The notes beneath the pieces are model-generated. The model was not told where the DNA came from and made no database searches. It saw nothing but the letters and a program-made list of their open reading frames with translations. Below are positions 52,306-62,846 of a stretch of 64,000 nucleotides of DNA, one piece after another. Where the stretch lies: the NCBI GenBank assembly GCA_963827755.1, contig CAWHCQ010000004.1:64001-128000 (forward strand), given 5' to 3'. Each line of letters opens with the position of its first letter. The stretch's first letter is position 1. Source of the stretch: an uncultured Gammaproteobacteria bacterium. Its GTDB lineage: Bacteria; Pseudomonadota; Gammaproteobacteria; UBA9214. A program made the translations under genes and the position numbers.

Positions 52306-53958
52306 TTATGTAGCCTTTGCCCTGGTAAAATGATACTGGCCGAATATGCCGGTATTTTCCAGTTGTTGGGTGAGAATGATGGTTTCCTTGCGGCCCTCGT
52401 ATTCCAGTGTGGAAATACAGCCGACACGAAAGGGCAGGGACGGGAGCACCAGGCTGGCGGCCTGGTTAAGTGATTTCAGCTCCGGCAGCAAAATACCTTT
52501 CATCCTGATAGTGGTGCTTATGTCATCCCTGCATATACGGGTCCACACCGGGCGTGCCCCGGGCGACAGCATCTGCAGACCCAGCTCCAGCCCGCGTTCC
52601 CTGGTAAATTTTATCCTGCGGATTACACCAAGGTGCCAGTCCTGTGCGCCGTTATCCGCGGGAAACCTGACAGCGACAAGTTCTCCAACCCTGGCAGTGG
52701 TAGGGTCTGTACTGTCACAAAGCAGGCAGTAACCCCCGGCACTCATGTCTGCTATTTTCCATTCCTCGACCTGTAAGGGTGCAGCTTTACTGTGCGGGGA
52801 ATCAGTCTTGCCGGTAATGTTGCCGCCCATGTCCTTGAAGGGAAGGGTCCTGAAGCTGGTGGTGTTTTCGAAAGTGGGATCCTGCAGGTCCTGACTTTCA
52901 TCTTTTTCCTTTACTGTTACAGGCTGCTGAAAGAGGGCTTCGGTAGCCGACTCTTCCGCCAGCCGGTGTATGGAATCGAGCCCGACAATCAGGTTTACGG
53001 GGGTGACGGCCTGGTGACGGGAGAATCTGCGTTTCGGCATCACTCCCCAGGCAAGCATCAGTCGCCTCAGGGTTTCCTTGTCGCCGATACCGGTGTGTAC
53101 TCCGCTGGCACCGCTATCTTCGGCCACGCGGGCGCGCAGGATGCCTGCCATCTTTGAAGTGTCCAGTATGCGCCAGTAGTCATTTACCTGGTTGTCGCTG
53201 TTGAGTGCCCGGTAGGATGGCGGGTCGTCAGAGAGCAGGTTGATTGCAAACAGTCCGTCGTCCTTGCTGCTGGTAACGGATGACAGGCGTGTTGCAACGG
53301 CCCATTCAAGCAGTTCACTGTATATATGCTGTATTTCTTTTTGCCGCAAGCGATAGGGGTTTGCCAGCGATAACAGCAGGATTTGTTTGTACACCGTCTC
53401 GATTGTGCTCCTGGCGGATGAGGGTAAGGTCGTGTCGGTAACGATTTTTGATGCGACGCCTTCCTTCTCGGCAGCCGTGTAGAGCGTGTGGATGCTTTTC
53501 CAGAGTCCTGCCGGGTACTGCAGGTAAATCTGATAATTGGTCAGCAGGCATTCACTTGAGTAACGTATTGCACGATGGATGGCTGTTGCCAGTTGCTGCT
53601 TTTTGCCGGACATGCGTCCCAGGTCGGCGGCCATGATTTTATAAGCGGTTGCCATCCGGTTATAGAGTTCAAGACACTGCCTGGCCCTGGCCAGGTGCTT
53701 GTTAAGGAGCGGAACATGTTTGCCGAGAATTTTATTTTTTAATGCTTCGGTGACGCAGAGCACAGGTATGGATAACAGCTCCATGGCCGCATACCTGTCC
53801 GTTGGACTGATATCCAGTGTATTAATCTCTTCGAGAGCCTGATCGAGTAATTCCTGTGACTTGCCGGTATTGATTATCGGCAGATCTTCAATCCATTGCT
53901 TGACGGCTGCCGGGTTTGTGTCGAAGTCGTTTTCCCCGGGTTTTTTTCGCTTTGGCAA
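52306..53958 (-). CDS. FimW-like cyclic-di-GMP-binding protein (PilZ-like C-terminus)
   Basis: WIEDLPIIN, LLLSLANPYRL, RRFSR and DMSAGGYCL (RxxxR / DxSxxG); TTG start after GGAGG. Confidence 0.7.
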   Translation of the reverse strand: MPKRKKPGENDFDTNPAAVKQWIEDLPIINTGKSQELLDQALEEINTLDISPTDRYAAMELLSIPVLCVTEALKNKILGKHVPLLNKHLARARQCLELYNRMATAYKIMAADLGRMSGKKQQLATAIHRAIRYSSECLLTNYQIYLQYPAGLWKSIHTLYTAAEKEGVASKIVTDTTLPSSARSTIETVYKQILLLSLANPYRLRQKEIQHIYSELLEWAVATRLSSVTSSKDDGLFAINLLSDDPPSYRALNSDNQVNDYWRILDTSKMAGILRARVAEDSGASGVHTGIGDKETLRRLMLAWGVMPKRRFSRHQAVTPVNLIVGLDSIHRLAEESATEALFQQPVTVKEKDESQDLQDPTFENTTSFRTLPFKDMGGNITGKTDSPHSKAAPLQVEEWKIADMSAGGYCLLCDSTDPTTARVGELVAVRFPADNGAQDWHLGVIRRIKFTRERGLELGLQMLSPGARPVWTRICRDDISTTIRMKGILLPELKSLNQAASLVLPSLPFRVGCISTLEYEGRKETIILTQQLENTGIFGQYHFTRAKAT

Positions 53959-54033
53959 CTTATGTCCTCCCTCGTGATCTGCGCTGCGTGCCCGGGTAAA
54001 CCGGCGTGTTGCGCAAACGTGCAATAGCGATTT

Positions 54034-55083
54034 TCAGCTATTATATGCAAGCCGTGGTTCGATGTCAGGAACTGCGCCGGGGTAGATCGGTTTCTTGCCC
54101 GGCTCACCCGCCAGCTCCCGTACCAGCCGTGGAACAAGGTAGCCGGGCAGCGAGCGGTGCACCTCGTCCATCAGGGCAATTGCCGTTGCATCATCGACCT
54201 CGAAGTGGGCGGCGCCCTGCACCCTGTCCAGTTGATGCAGGTAGTAAGGCAGCACCCCGGCAGAGAACAGGGCTTCGCTCAGGCGAATCAGTGTTGCGGC
54301 GCTATCGTTGACGCCGCGCAGCAGCACGGACTGATTCAACAGGGTCACGCCGGCCAGTTTGAGGCGGCCCATTGCCTTGCTGACGTTTGCGTCAATTTCA
54401 TTTGGATGGTTGCAGTGTACGACCATGACAATGTGCAGTTTCTGTGCGTCAACCCAGGAGAGGAAACCCTCGTCAATCCGTTCCGGCAGGACGATGGGCA
54501 GGCGGGTATGGATACGCAGGGTGTGTAACCGGGGTAATTCAGCGAGGCGGATGCCGAGGGTGTGCAGTCGTGAATCCGGCAGTGACAACGGGTCGCCGCC
54601 GCTGAGGATGATTTCCCTGATGTCCGGGTTCCGCCCCAGCCAGTTGATCGACTGTTCCCAGTCATCTACCGCCGGGTTGGCCTCGTTGTAGGGAAAGTGG
54701 CGGCGGAAACAATAGCGGCAGTGTACGGCGCATGCACCCGTGGTCGTCAGCAATGCGCGACCCCTGTATTTCTGCAGCAGCCCGGGCACCTGCATGGCCT
54801 GTTGTTCGGCAAGCGGGTCAGGCAGGTAGTTGTCGCATTGCTGCATTTCGTCCTGCAGAGGCAACACCTGCCGCAGCAGCGGGTCATTGATATCGCCCCT
54901 GGTCATGCGCTTGATGAAGCCGCGCGGTACCCGTAGCGGAAAATTGCTGTCAAGTGGTAGTATGTTCATGGCTGCCGGGTCGATTTCCAGCAGACGCAGC
55001 AGTTCATCGGTCGACTTCACGGCCGCGGCCAGCAGCGATTGCCAGGTGGCCCTGTATTCCGCATTCGGTAATCCGGGTATCAT
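54034..55083 (-). CDS. epmB: EF-P beta-lysylation lysine 2,3-aminomutase
   Basis: CAVHCRYCFRR radical SAM motif, LSGGDPL and LLNQSVLL; divergent from efp. Confidence 0.95.
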   Translation of the reverse strand: MIPGLPNAEYRATWQSLLAAAVKSTDELLRLLEIDPAAMNILPLDSNFPLRVPRGFIKRMTRGDINDPLLRQVLPLQDEMQQCDNYLPDPLAEQQAMQVPGLLQKYRGRALLTTTGACAVHCRYCFRRHFPYNEANPAVDDWEQSINWLGRNPDIREIILSGGDPLSLPDSRLHTLGIRLAELPRLHTLRIHTRLPIVLPERIDEGFLSWVDAQKLHIVMVVHCNHPNEIDANVSKAMGRLKLAGVTLLNQSVLLRGVNDSAATLIRLSEALFSAGVLPYYLHQLDRVQGAAHFEVDDATAIALMDEVHRSLPGYLVPRLVRELAGEPGKKPIYPGAVPDIEPRLAYNS

Positions 55084-55128
55084 GGCGGGCGTTTTCCTGC
55101 TGTTTCAGCGACACAAGGTTAAAGACAT

Positions 55129-55698
55129 ATGGCATCTTACAGCACCAATGAGTTCAAGGGTGGCCTGAAAATCATGATTGATAATGATCCCTGCGCCATC
55201 ATTGAAAACGAATTTGTAAAGCCCGGCAAGGGTCAGGCCTTTAACCGGGTCAAGATCCGCAACCTGAGAAGCGGCCGGGTGATAGAGCGCACCTACAAGT
55301 CGGGCGAGACGGTCGAGGCCGCCGATGTCATGGATGTTGTGCTGCAGTATCTCTACTCGGACGGCGAATTCTGGCATTTTATGGATACCGAGACCTTCGA
55401 GCAGAAGGCGGCGGATTCAACGGCAGTCGGTGATGCCGTGAAATGGCTGAAAGAACAGGATATGTGCGAGGTGACCTTGTGGAACGGTACGCCACTGGTG
55501 ATTACTCCGCCCAACTTTGTCATGTTGACGGTTGCCGAAACCGATCCGGGCGTGCGCGGTGATACTTCCGGCGGTGGCGGCAAGCCGGCAACACTGGAAA
55601 CCGGGGCCGTGGTGCGCGTGCCGCTGTTTATTAATATTGGCGAGACGCTGAAAATCGATACCCGCACCGGGGAGTATGTCGGGCGGGCAAAAGAGTAA
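55129..55698 (+). CDS. efp: elongation factor P
   Basis: KPGKGQAF and KIDTRTGEY. Confidence 0.99.
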   Translation: MASYSTNEFKGGLKIMIDNDPCAIIENEFVKPGKGQAFNRVKIRNLRSGRVIERTYKSGETVEAADVMDVVLQYLYSDGEFWHFMDTETFEQKAADSTAVGDAVKWLKEQDMCEVTLWNGTPLVITPPNFVMLTVAETDPGVRGDTSGGGGKPATLETGAVVRVPLFINIGETLKIDTRTGEYVGRAKE

Positions 55699-55699
55699 C

Positions 55700-56689
55700 T
55701 TGCCGACTGACGATTCATGGAGGCCGGCGGCCTCGCTCGAGAACATCAGGCTCAGGGCACTGTTGCTTGCCCGTATCAGGCGCTTTTTTGCAGAGCGCGA
55801 CATCCTCGAAGTCGATACGCCGGCACTTTCCCGCGCCGCGACCACGGATCCTTCCCTGGCAAGCTTCAAGACCCGTTTCCATGGTCCCGGGCCGGCCTCC
55901 GCTGATACCTTCTACCTGCATACCTCGCCGGAATACCCGATGAAACGATTGCTGGCGGCGGGAGTCGGATCGATTTATCAAATCTGCAAGGTGTTTCGTG
56001 ACGGCGAATCCGGCAAGCGGCATAACCCTGAATTCACCCTTCTGGAGTGGTACCGGACAGGCTTTGACCATTTCGACCTGATGGACGAGGTTGAAAAACT
56101 GCTCACCGGGATTCTCTCCGGCATTGCGCCGGTCGAGTCTGTCTATCACTGGAGTTACCGGGAACTGTTCCTGGAATTTGCCGGTATCGATGTCACCACT
56201 GTTACAGAAGCCGAACTCGGCTCATTGCTGCAATCCGGCTACAACATTGATCCCGTTGGCATGACCGCTGCCGGCCTCGATGCCTGGCTGGACCTGACGA
56301 TGACGCACATCATCGAACCCCGGCTCGGACCGGGGCTGGTGTTCGTGCGTGATTATCCAGCGAGCCAGGCGGCGCTGGCGCGTCTGCGTCCCGGCACCCC
56401 CCCGGTGGCGGCGCGTTTCGAGGTCTACCTCGATGGCGTGGAACTGGCAAACGGATTTCATGAGCTTGCTGATGCCGGTGAACAGCGCCGCCGGCTCGAA
56501 CTGGAATCGAGGCGGCGTGAACTGGCAGGCGCCGATCCTGTCAGGATCGATGAAAATTTTCTCGCCGCGCTTGAAGCCGGGCTGCCGAACTGTGCAGGTG
56601 TCGCGCTGGGCCTGGATCGCCTGCTGATGCTTGCTGCCGGCGCCGACAGCCTGCGTGATGTCATCGCTTTTCCGTTCGAATCGGCCTGA
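55700..56689 (+). CDS. epmA: EF-P lysine aminoacylase
   Basis: LHTSPEYPMKRLL, HNPEFTLLEWY, ELANGFHEL and GVALGLDRL. Confidence 0.96.
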   Translation: MPTDDSWRPAASLENIRLRALLLARIRRFFAERDILEVDTPALSRAATTDPSLASFKTRFHGPGPASADTFYLHTSPEYPMKRLLAAGVGSIYQICKVFRDGESGKRHNPEFTLLEWYRTGFDHFDLMDEVEKLLTGILSGIAPVESVYHWSYRELFLEFAGIDVTTVTEAELGSLLQSGYNIDPVGMTAAGLDAWLDLTMTHIIEPRLGPGLVFVRDYPASQAALARLRPGTPPVAARFEVYLDGVELANGFHELADAGEQRRRLELESRRRELAGADPVRIDENFLAALEAGLPNCAGVALGLDRLLMLAAGADSLRDVIAFPFESA

Positions 56690-56739
56690 ATCGGCCTGCA
56701 TGGCTTGTAACCGGGCGGCGCATCTCCGACACTTCGCAT

Positions 56740-57855
56740 ATGGATGATCCTGACAACCAGGCTGCGCGTATTACGCTGGAGGCGGATGCGCTGGTCTGTA
56801 ACAGCCGCTGGACCGTCAATACCATCGCCCCCCTGAGTAACTCGCTCGACACCCTGCTGATGCCGAAGGCGATTGCCGTGCGCATCGATGCGGGCGGGAT
56901 TTCCTCGCTGGATACGGCGGGTGCCTGGTTGTTGCTGCAAATCAGGCGGCATCTGCAGGCTGCCGGCCGGCAAGTGCGTTTTGAGGGACTTGCTCCGGAG
57001 CAGGACCGCCTGATCGAATTTGTATCCGCTGCAAGCCGCGAAGCCGATCACGCTGCCGCGCCGCGCAGGGCGGCAACTGCCGGGGAGAAAGGGCGGGCAG
57101 TGGCCGCTGACCTTGTCCGTTTCCTCGCGTTTTTCGGCGAGACCATGGTGTCGCTGTTCAGCGCCCTGCGCAGGCCGGGCAAGATTCGCTGGCAGGAAAT
57201 ATTCTCCGAGGTCCATGAAACCGGTGTCAAGGCGCTGCCGATCATCGGGCTGCTGTCATTCCTGATGGGTGTGGTGTTTGCCTACCTGGGCGCCGTGCAG
57301 CTGAAGCTGTACGGTGCGAATATTTATATAGCCGACATGGTCGGTTATTCAATGTTGCGCGAACTCGCTCCCTTTCTTACTGCCATTCTTGTCTGTGGAC
57401 GCACCGGGTCGGCGTTTACCGCGCAGATAGGTACCATGAAGGTGCGCGAAGAGGTCGATGCCCTGCAGACGATCGGCATATCGCCGATCGAGATGCTGGT
57501 ATTGCCCAAGTTGCTGGGGCTGTTGCTGGTTATGCCGCTGGCCGCGGTGTATGCCGATATACTTTCCGTGTTCGGTGGCATGGTGATGGCAAACGCGCAG
57601 CTTGGACTTGGATTTGGCGCCTTTATAGGACGGCTTGAAGAGGCGATCACCTATACAACCTTCATGCTCGGCCTTTGCAAGACGCCCGTGTTCGCGGCGA
57701 TTATCGCCATTGTCGGCTGTTACCAGGGGTTTCGCGTGATGGGTAGTGCGGAGAGCGTCGGCAGGCGTACGACTATCAGTGTTGTGCAGTCGATGTTCCT
57801 GGTGATTGTAACCGACGCGTTGTTTTCGGTGCTCTTCAGCATCATTGGAGTGTAG
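56740..57855 (+). CDS. MlaE-family ABC permease with N-terminal STAS-like domain
   Basis: LDTAGAWLL, RELAPFLTA and GRTGSAFTAQIGTMK. Confidence 0.92.
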   Translation: MDDPDNQAARITLEADALVCNSRWTVNTIAPLSNSLDTLLMPKAIAVRIDAGGISSLDTAGAWLLLQIRRHLQAAGRQVRFEGLAPEQDRLIEFVSAASREADHAAAPRRAATAGEKGRAVAADLVRFLAFFGETMVSLFSALRRPGKIRWQEIFSEVHETGVKALPIIGLLSFLMGVVFAYLGAVQLKLYGANIYIADMVGYSMLRELAPFLTAILVCGRTGSAFTAQIGTMKVREEVDALQTIGISPIEMLVLPKLLGLLLVMPLAAVYADILSVFGGMVMANAQLGLGFGAFIGRLEEAITYTTFMLGLCKTPVFAAIIAIVGCYQGFRVMGSAESVGRRTTISVVQSMFLVIVTDALFSVLFSIIGV

Positions 57856-57860
57856 CGGCA

Positions 57861-58682
57861 ATGGCGCCAGGTCAGTCGGGAGGACCGGTTGCGGAGACTG
57901 CAGATTCCAGTGATGCGGTCATCAGTATTCGCGGACTCCGGACCGCGTTCGGCCCCCGCGTTATCCATGACGGTATCGATCTCGATGTCTATCGCGGCGA
58001 GGTACTGGCGCTGGTGGGGGGCAGCGGCAGCGGCAAGACCGTCTTGTTGCGCGAAATGATCATGCTGCATCAAATGAACGCAGGCTCCATCCGCCTGTTC
58101 GGCACCTCGATTACCGGAATATCCGGGCATATGGCGCAGCAGCTGCGCAGCCGGATCGGTGTGCTGTTTCAGCAGGGGGCCTTGTTCAGCAGCCTGACCG
58201 TACTGGAGAATGTCGGTTTCCCGTTGCGCGAACATACGCATCTCGATAAAAGCGTGATCGATTCACTGGCGCGCGTGAAGATAGTCCAGGCCGGTCTGCA
58301 GCCTGAGGCCGGCCCGCTCTATCCGAGTGAGCTGAGTGGTGGCATGATCAAGCGGGCTGCGCTGGCGCGGGCGATGGTGCTGGATCCGGAGCTGCTGTTC
58401 CTCGATGAACCGACTTCCGGGCTCGATCCCAACAGCGCCGGTTCTTTTGACGAGCTGGTTCTGAAGCTCAAGGACCTGCTCGGACTGACCATCGTGATGG
58501 TAACTCATGACCTTGATTCCCTGTGGACGGTTGCAGATCGGGTTGCGGTGCTTGGTGGTGGTAAACTCCAGGGAGTCGACTCCATGCAGGTGTTGTCTTC
58601 ATCAACGGAACCGCATATCCGCGAATATTTTCAAGGCCCGCGTGCCCGTAATGCGCAGGAGCGCAAATGGAAAGGAAAGTAA
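57861..58682 (+). CDS. MlaF-like ABC ATP-binding protein
   Basis: GGSGSGKT, LSGGM and LDEPTSGLDP. Confidence 0.93.
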   Translation: MAPGQSGGPVAETADSSDAVISIRGLRTAFGPRVIHDGIDLDVYRGEVLALVGGSGSGKTVLLREMIMLHQMNAGSIRLFGTSITGISGHMAQQLRSRIGVLFQQGALFSSLTVLENVGFPLREHTHLDKSVIDSLARVKIVQAGLQPEAGPLYPSELSGGMIKRAALARAMVLDPELLFLDEPTSGLDPNSAGSFDELVLKLKDLLGLTIVMVTHDLDSLWTVADRVAVLGGGKLQGVDSMQVLSSSTEPHIREYFQGPRARNAQERKWKGK

Positions 58683-59548
58683 ATTACGCAGTGGTCGGAT
58701 TGTTTGTCATCCTGCTGGGAGCTGCCTTTCTGGCGATCAGCCTGTGGCTGGCGGTCGGCGAATTTTCCGGAAATTTCACCCGTTATCACGTGTTTGTGGA
58801 TGAATCGGTATCGGGTCTCTACCGGGATGCGCCGGTTAAGTATCGTGGCGTGGAAATCGGCAAGGTGCGGGAGATCGAACTGAACCCGCTGGTGCCGGAC
58901 CAGGTGCAACTCACGCTTGATATAAAGTCCAATGTTCCTATCAGGCAGGATACTGTCGCGTTGCTCACCGTGCAGGGCCTGACCGGTGTTGCCTTCATCG
59001 ACCTGACCGGGGGAAGTCTGGCTTCACCATCCCTGGAAGCGGAAGCTGACCAGATTTACCCGGTCATAAAGAGCGGCCCGTCTTTTTTTTCCAGGCTTGA
59101 TGAATCAGGCAGTGACCTGATTAAAAACCTGAATGTACTGACCAAAGGCATCACGGAGTTGCTTGATGAAGAAGAAAGGCAGGCGATCAAACAGACCATT
59201 CGAAATATCAGGGATATCACGGCCGAGTTGGCCGGTAACAGGGATGACCTCGGGACGGGCATGGCTCGTATGCCGGGGCTGCTGGAACAGATCGATGTAA
59301 CCGCCCGGGAATTCGAGCAGATGGCCAGGAAGGTGGCCGTGACCAGTGAAAACATCAACCGTTATATCGGCAGCAGCGGCGCGGGCGTGCAACAATTCAG
59401 CCAGCAGACCCTGCCGGAATTCGCGGCGCTCATCGGCGAACTGCGCCGGCTGGCGGATACCATGCAGGGTCTTGGCCAGAAGCTCGAGGAAGACCCGCGC
59501 GTGCTGCTCTACGGGCGTACTCTCGAAGTTCCGGGACCGGGGGAATAA
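58667..59548 (+). CDS. MlaD/MCE-domain protein
   Basis: SVSGL...VKYRGVEIGKV and QGLTG; helical C-terminus. Confidence 0.92.
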   Translation: MERKVNYAVVGLFVILLGAAFLAISLWLAVGEFSGNFTRYHVFVDESVSGLYRDAPVKYRGVEIGKVREIELNPLVPDQVQLTLDIKSNVPIRQDTVALLTVQGLTGVAFIDLTGGSLASPSLEAEADQIYPVIKSGPSFFSRLDESGSDLIKNLNVLTKGITELLDEEERQAIKQTIRNIRDITAELAGNRDDLGTGMARMPGLLEQIDVTAREFEQMARKVAVTSENINRYIGSSGAGVQQFSQQTLPEFAALIGELRRLADTMQGLGQKLEEDPRVLLYGRTLEVPGPGE

Positions 59549-59551
59549 ACG

Positions 59552-60166
59552 ATGACAGTAATGAGAGGCCTGCTCTGTTTTCTCGCAATTACCGGCTTGC
59601 TGACCGGCTGCTCGATATTGCCGAAGCCCGCACCGGTCGGCATCGACCAGTATCTGCTTGAGTATACATCCACCCCGCAGGTAACCCGGCAGATCCCGAA
59701 GGACGCCCCGGTGATCCTGATTGCCGTCCCCAGGGCGCACGGTGGTTATGACACCCCGCGCATTGCCTATATGCGGGAAGATTATGGCTTGCGCTATTAC
59801 ACCCGCAGTCGCTGGGCAGATACCCCGGCGCGCATGCTTGCCCCCTTGCTGGCGGATGCCGTGCAGGCGAGCGGCCAGTTTCACGCCTTGTATGCGACAC
59901 CGGGTTCGCTTGCCGCGGATATGCGGCTCGATACAGAGCTGGTTCGTTTCCACCAGGATTTCAGGAAGCAACCCAGCGAAATGCACATTACCATGCGCGC
60001 ACAGCTCATTGATCTTGACAAGGGCAGGGTCATTGCCACCTGGCTTGTCGATCGAACCGCGCAGGCGGATACGGATAACGCCTATGGCGGTGTCGTCGCG
60101 GCGAACCGGCTGCTTGGCCAGGTACTGGATGAGCTGGCACGCTTTTGCGTAAGCAACCGGCCATGA
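59552..60166 (+). CDS. ABC-type transport auxiliary lipoprotein (PqiC-like)
   Basis: LTGC lipobox and RWADTPARML. Confidence 0.85.
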   Translation: MTVMRGLLCFLAITGLLTGCSILPKPAPVGIDQYLLEYTSTPQVTRQIPKDAPVILIAVPRAHGGYDTPRIAYMREDYGLRYYTRSRWADTPARMLAPLLADAVQASGQFHALYATPGSLAADMRLDTELVRFHQDFRKQPSEMHITMRAQLIDLDKGRVIATWLVDRTAQADTDNAYGGVVAANRLLGQVLDELARFCVSNRP

Positions 60167-60188
60167 TTGCCTGCGGGGTGCTGCCGCC

Positions 60189-60914
60189 ATGTTAGGCAGC
60201 ATTCGCGTGGTGCTGGTAAACACCAGCCACCCGGGAAATATCGGCGCGGCTGCACGGGCCATGAAGACCATGGGTCTGACGCGGTTATCTCTCGTCAAAC
60301 CGGCACGCTACCCTGATGCGGAAGCAACCGCGCGCTCCTCCGGTGCAAATGATGTGCTGGCAAATGCACCTGTTTATGAAGATGTAGACGAGGCGTTGCA
60401 GGGTTGCCGTTTCGTGGTTGGCGCCAGTGCGCGCTCACGCAGTATCCCGGTCCCGCTGGTCGACCCGGGCGAGTGTGCAGCAATGCTGCGTACGGAAAGT
60501 GAAACAGCCGAGGTGGCGCTGCTGTTCGGTTGTGAGCGCGCGGGGCTGAGCAACCCGGAGATTGACCGCTGTAATTACCTGGTGCAGATCCCGACAAGTC
60601 CGGCCTACAGTTCCCTGAACCTGGCGGCCGCGGTACAGATTATCTGCTACGAAATATTCAAGGCCCATGCCGGCGAATCTGCCCTGCAAGCCCCGCCCGA
60701 ACATGTACCGGTTGCGGCCGATGAAATGGAGCGGTTCTACCGGCATCTCGAAGAGACGCTGGTTGCGCTTGATTTTCTCGATCGATCCAATCCGCGCATG
60801 CTGATGCGCCGCTTGCGCCGTTTATACAACCGCGCGCGTCCTGATGCGAATGAAGTGAATATTCTGCGCGGCATCCTCACGGCGGCCGGGCAGGGCGGTA
60901 AACAGAACGGCTGA
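60189..60914 (+). CDS. trmJ: tRNA (C32/U32) 2'-O-methyltransferase TrmJ
   Basis: HPGNIGAAARAMKTMG, SSLNLAAAV and ILRGIL. Confidence 0.93.
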   Translation: MLGSIRVVLVNTSHPGNIGAAARAMKTMGLTRLSLVKPARYPDAEATARSSGANDVLANAPVYEDVDEALQGCRFVVGASARSRSIPVPLVDPGECAAMLRTESETAEVALLFGCERAGLSNPEIDRCNYLVQIPTSPAYSSLNLAAAVQIICYEIFKAHAGESALQAPPEHVPVAADEMERFYRHLEETLVALDFLDRSNPRMLMRRLRRLYNRARPDANEVNILRGILTAAGQGGKQNG

Positions 60915-61045
60915 CCGGTTATCCTGTCCATGCAGACCACCTTGGCATACACTGTAGTGCGGCGCAGCATTAATGCCGGAAACAGTTTTATTCGATGCTG
61001 GATGGTATCTGCACATGTATCCTGACTTGATGCAAGTAAAAGACT

Positions 61046-61876
61046 ATGTTTGACAGAATCCGTGAAGATGTACGCTCGGTATTCGAGCGTGACCCGGCTG
61101 CACGTAATTCCCTGGACGTATTGACGACCTACCCGGGTATACATGCCGTGTTGTTTCATCGCCTCAATCATGCCCTGTGGATACACGGGTTCAACTGGCT
61201 TGCACGTTTTTTGTCCAATATCCCGCGCTGGTATACGGGTATTGAAATTCATCCGGGTGCGGTAATCGGGCGGCGGTTTTTTATCGATCATGGCATGGGT
61301 GTGGTGATCGGGGAGACGACCGAGATCGGCGACGACTGCACGCTGTATCACGGGGTTACCCTGGGCGGTACCAGCTGGGACAAGGGCAAGCGCCATCCAA
61401 CACTGGGAAACAACGTGGTCATCGGCGCAGGTGCCAAGGTGCTGGGGCCGATTCACATCGGTGATAATTCACGTATCGGGTCCAACGCCGTTGTCCTCAA
61501 CAGCGTTGCAGCCGGATCAACCGTGGTCGGTGTACCGGGTCGCCTCGTCACCGCGGCAAAGCCGGCCGGGCCTGTGCCGGTTGATGAAAAGCGCCAGGCG
61601 ATTGCGAAGAAAATGGGATTCGATGCCTATGGCGCCACCAGTGACATGCCGGATCCGGTTGCCACGGCAGTGAACGGCATCCTCGACCATATCCATGTCA
61701 TGGACAAACGCATGGAGGAAATGTGCAAGGGCTTAAAAGACATGGGTGCGGAAGTTGGTGATCTCGATTTACCCGATATCGATTCATGCGAATTAAAGCA
61801 TACAGAAGATGAGGGAATAGAGGAGCTCGACACAGGTACCGTCAGGTACAGGACAGGTGAGTCCCCTGATTCTTGA
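61046..61876 (+). CDS. cysE: serine O-acetyltransferase
   Basis: [26 protein letters not shown] and KRHPTLG. Confidence 0.97.
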   Translation: MFDRIREDVRSVFERDPAARNSLDVLTTYPGIHAVLFHRLNHALWIHGFNWLARFLSNIPRWYTGIEIHPGAVIGRRFFIDHGMGVVIGETTEIGDDCTLYHGVTLGGTSWDKGKRHPTLGNNVVIGAGAKVLGPIHIGDNSRIGSNAVVLNSVAAGSTVVGVPGRLVTAAKPAGPVPVDEKRQAIAKKMGFDAYGATSDMPDPVATAVNGILDHIHVMDKRMEEMCKGLKDMGAEVGDLDLPDIDSCELKHTEDEGIEELDTGTVRYRTGESPDS

Positions 61877-61931
61877 CCTGCCATACTGCATGTGACAGAT
61901 TGGCGCAGCAACGTTATGCGGATATAAAATT

Positions 61932-62414
61932 TTGAAACTGACAAGTAAAGGGCGTTACGCCGTAACCGCGATACTCGATCTGGCTTTTCATTCGGGAGCG
62001 GGCCCGGTTTCGCTGTCTGAAATTTCAAAACGTCAGGATATTTCACTGTCCTACCTGGAGCAGCTGTTTACCCGTTTGCGCAAGCAACAGATTGTAAGCA
62101 GTACGCGTGGTCCGGGGGGAGGCTACGTCCTGCAGCGGCCACCCGGGCAGATTGCAGTCGCGGATGTGATTTCAGCCGTTGATGAAATTGTCGCCACGGG
62201 ATGTGCCAACGAGGGAGATTGCAGGGATGGCGAACAATGTCTGGCACACGAGTTATGGGTTGAGCTCAGCCAGCAAATTCACGGCTTTCTTGATGGCATC
62301 AGCATTCAGGACCTGATGGATGAGGGCAGTATCCAGCAGGTTGCCCGGCGCCAGGACGGCGAATCCGGCAACGATCCCGGTGTCCAGGTAACCAGCCCCC
62401 CGGGGCGCCGCTAG
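61932..62414 (+). CDS. iscR: Fe-S cluster regulator IscR (Rrf2 family)
   Basis: LTSKGRYAV, SYLEQLF, RGPGGGY and C-x5-C-x5-C-x2-H ligands; TTG start. Confidence 0.9.
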   Translation: MKLTSKGRYAVTAILDLAFHSGAGPVSLSEISKRQDISLSYLEQLFTRLRKQQIVSSTRGPGGGYVLQRPPGQIAVADVISAVDEIVATGCANEGDCRDGEQCLAHELWVELSQQIHGFLDGISIQDLMDEGSIQQVARRQDGESGNDPGVQVTSPPGRR

Positions 62415-62583
62415 TCACAGTCAGCACCCGGGCGCCTGGTTCCAGGCTGAAAAACCCGGTTTTCGAGCATTATTTACCCTGTTTGTGATCCACATCACAC
62501 CCGTCTGTGTACCAGTTCACGGCGAATCAGCGGGCACTGCCGATAAGATAATCACCAATGAAACACAAATGCAGGTGATCGAC

Positions 62584-62739
62584 ATGCACAAATGGTTCGT
62601 AATTCTGGCAGTGGTTTTTTTTATGGGTGACCCGAGCCTGGGCTTTCTGGAGTACATTCAGAACGGCAGGGATTACCTGATTGCAATCACGGTTTCCCTT
62701 TTTGCCGCTCCCTGGGTTATTGCACATCTTGATAACTGA
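62584..62739 (+). CDS. possible small membrane protein
   Basis: 51-aa hydrophobic ORF (MHKWFVILAVVFF...) preceded by AGGTGA. Confidence 0.4.
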   Translation: MHKWFVILAVVFFMGDPSLGFLEYIQNGRDYLIAITVSLFAAPWVIAHLDN

Positions 62740-62846
62740 CCTTGACGGTTGAAGGCACCGACCCCGACATCCGTGTGGTTTCCTCTTTCGCCGGCCCTGT
62801 TGTCAGTAACAGGGCCGGCATCTTCATGCAGACACCAGTACCCTGT

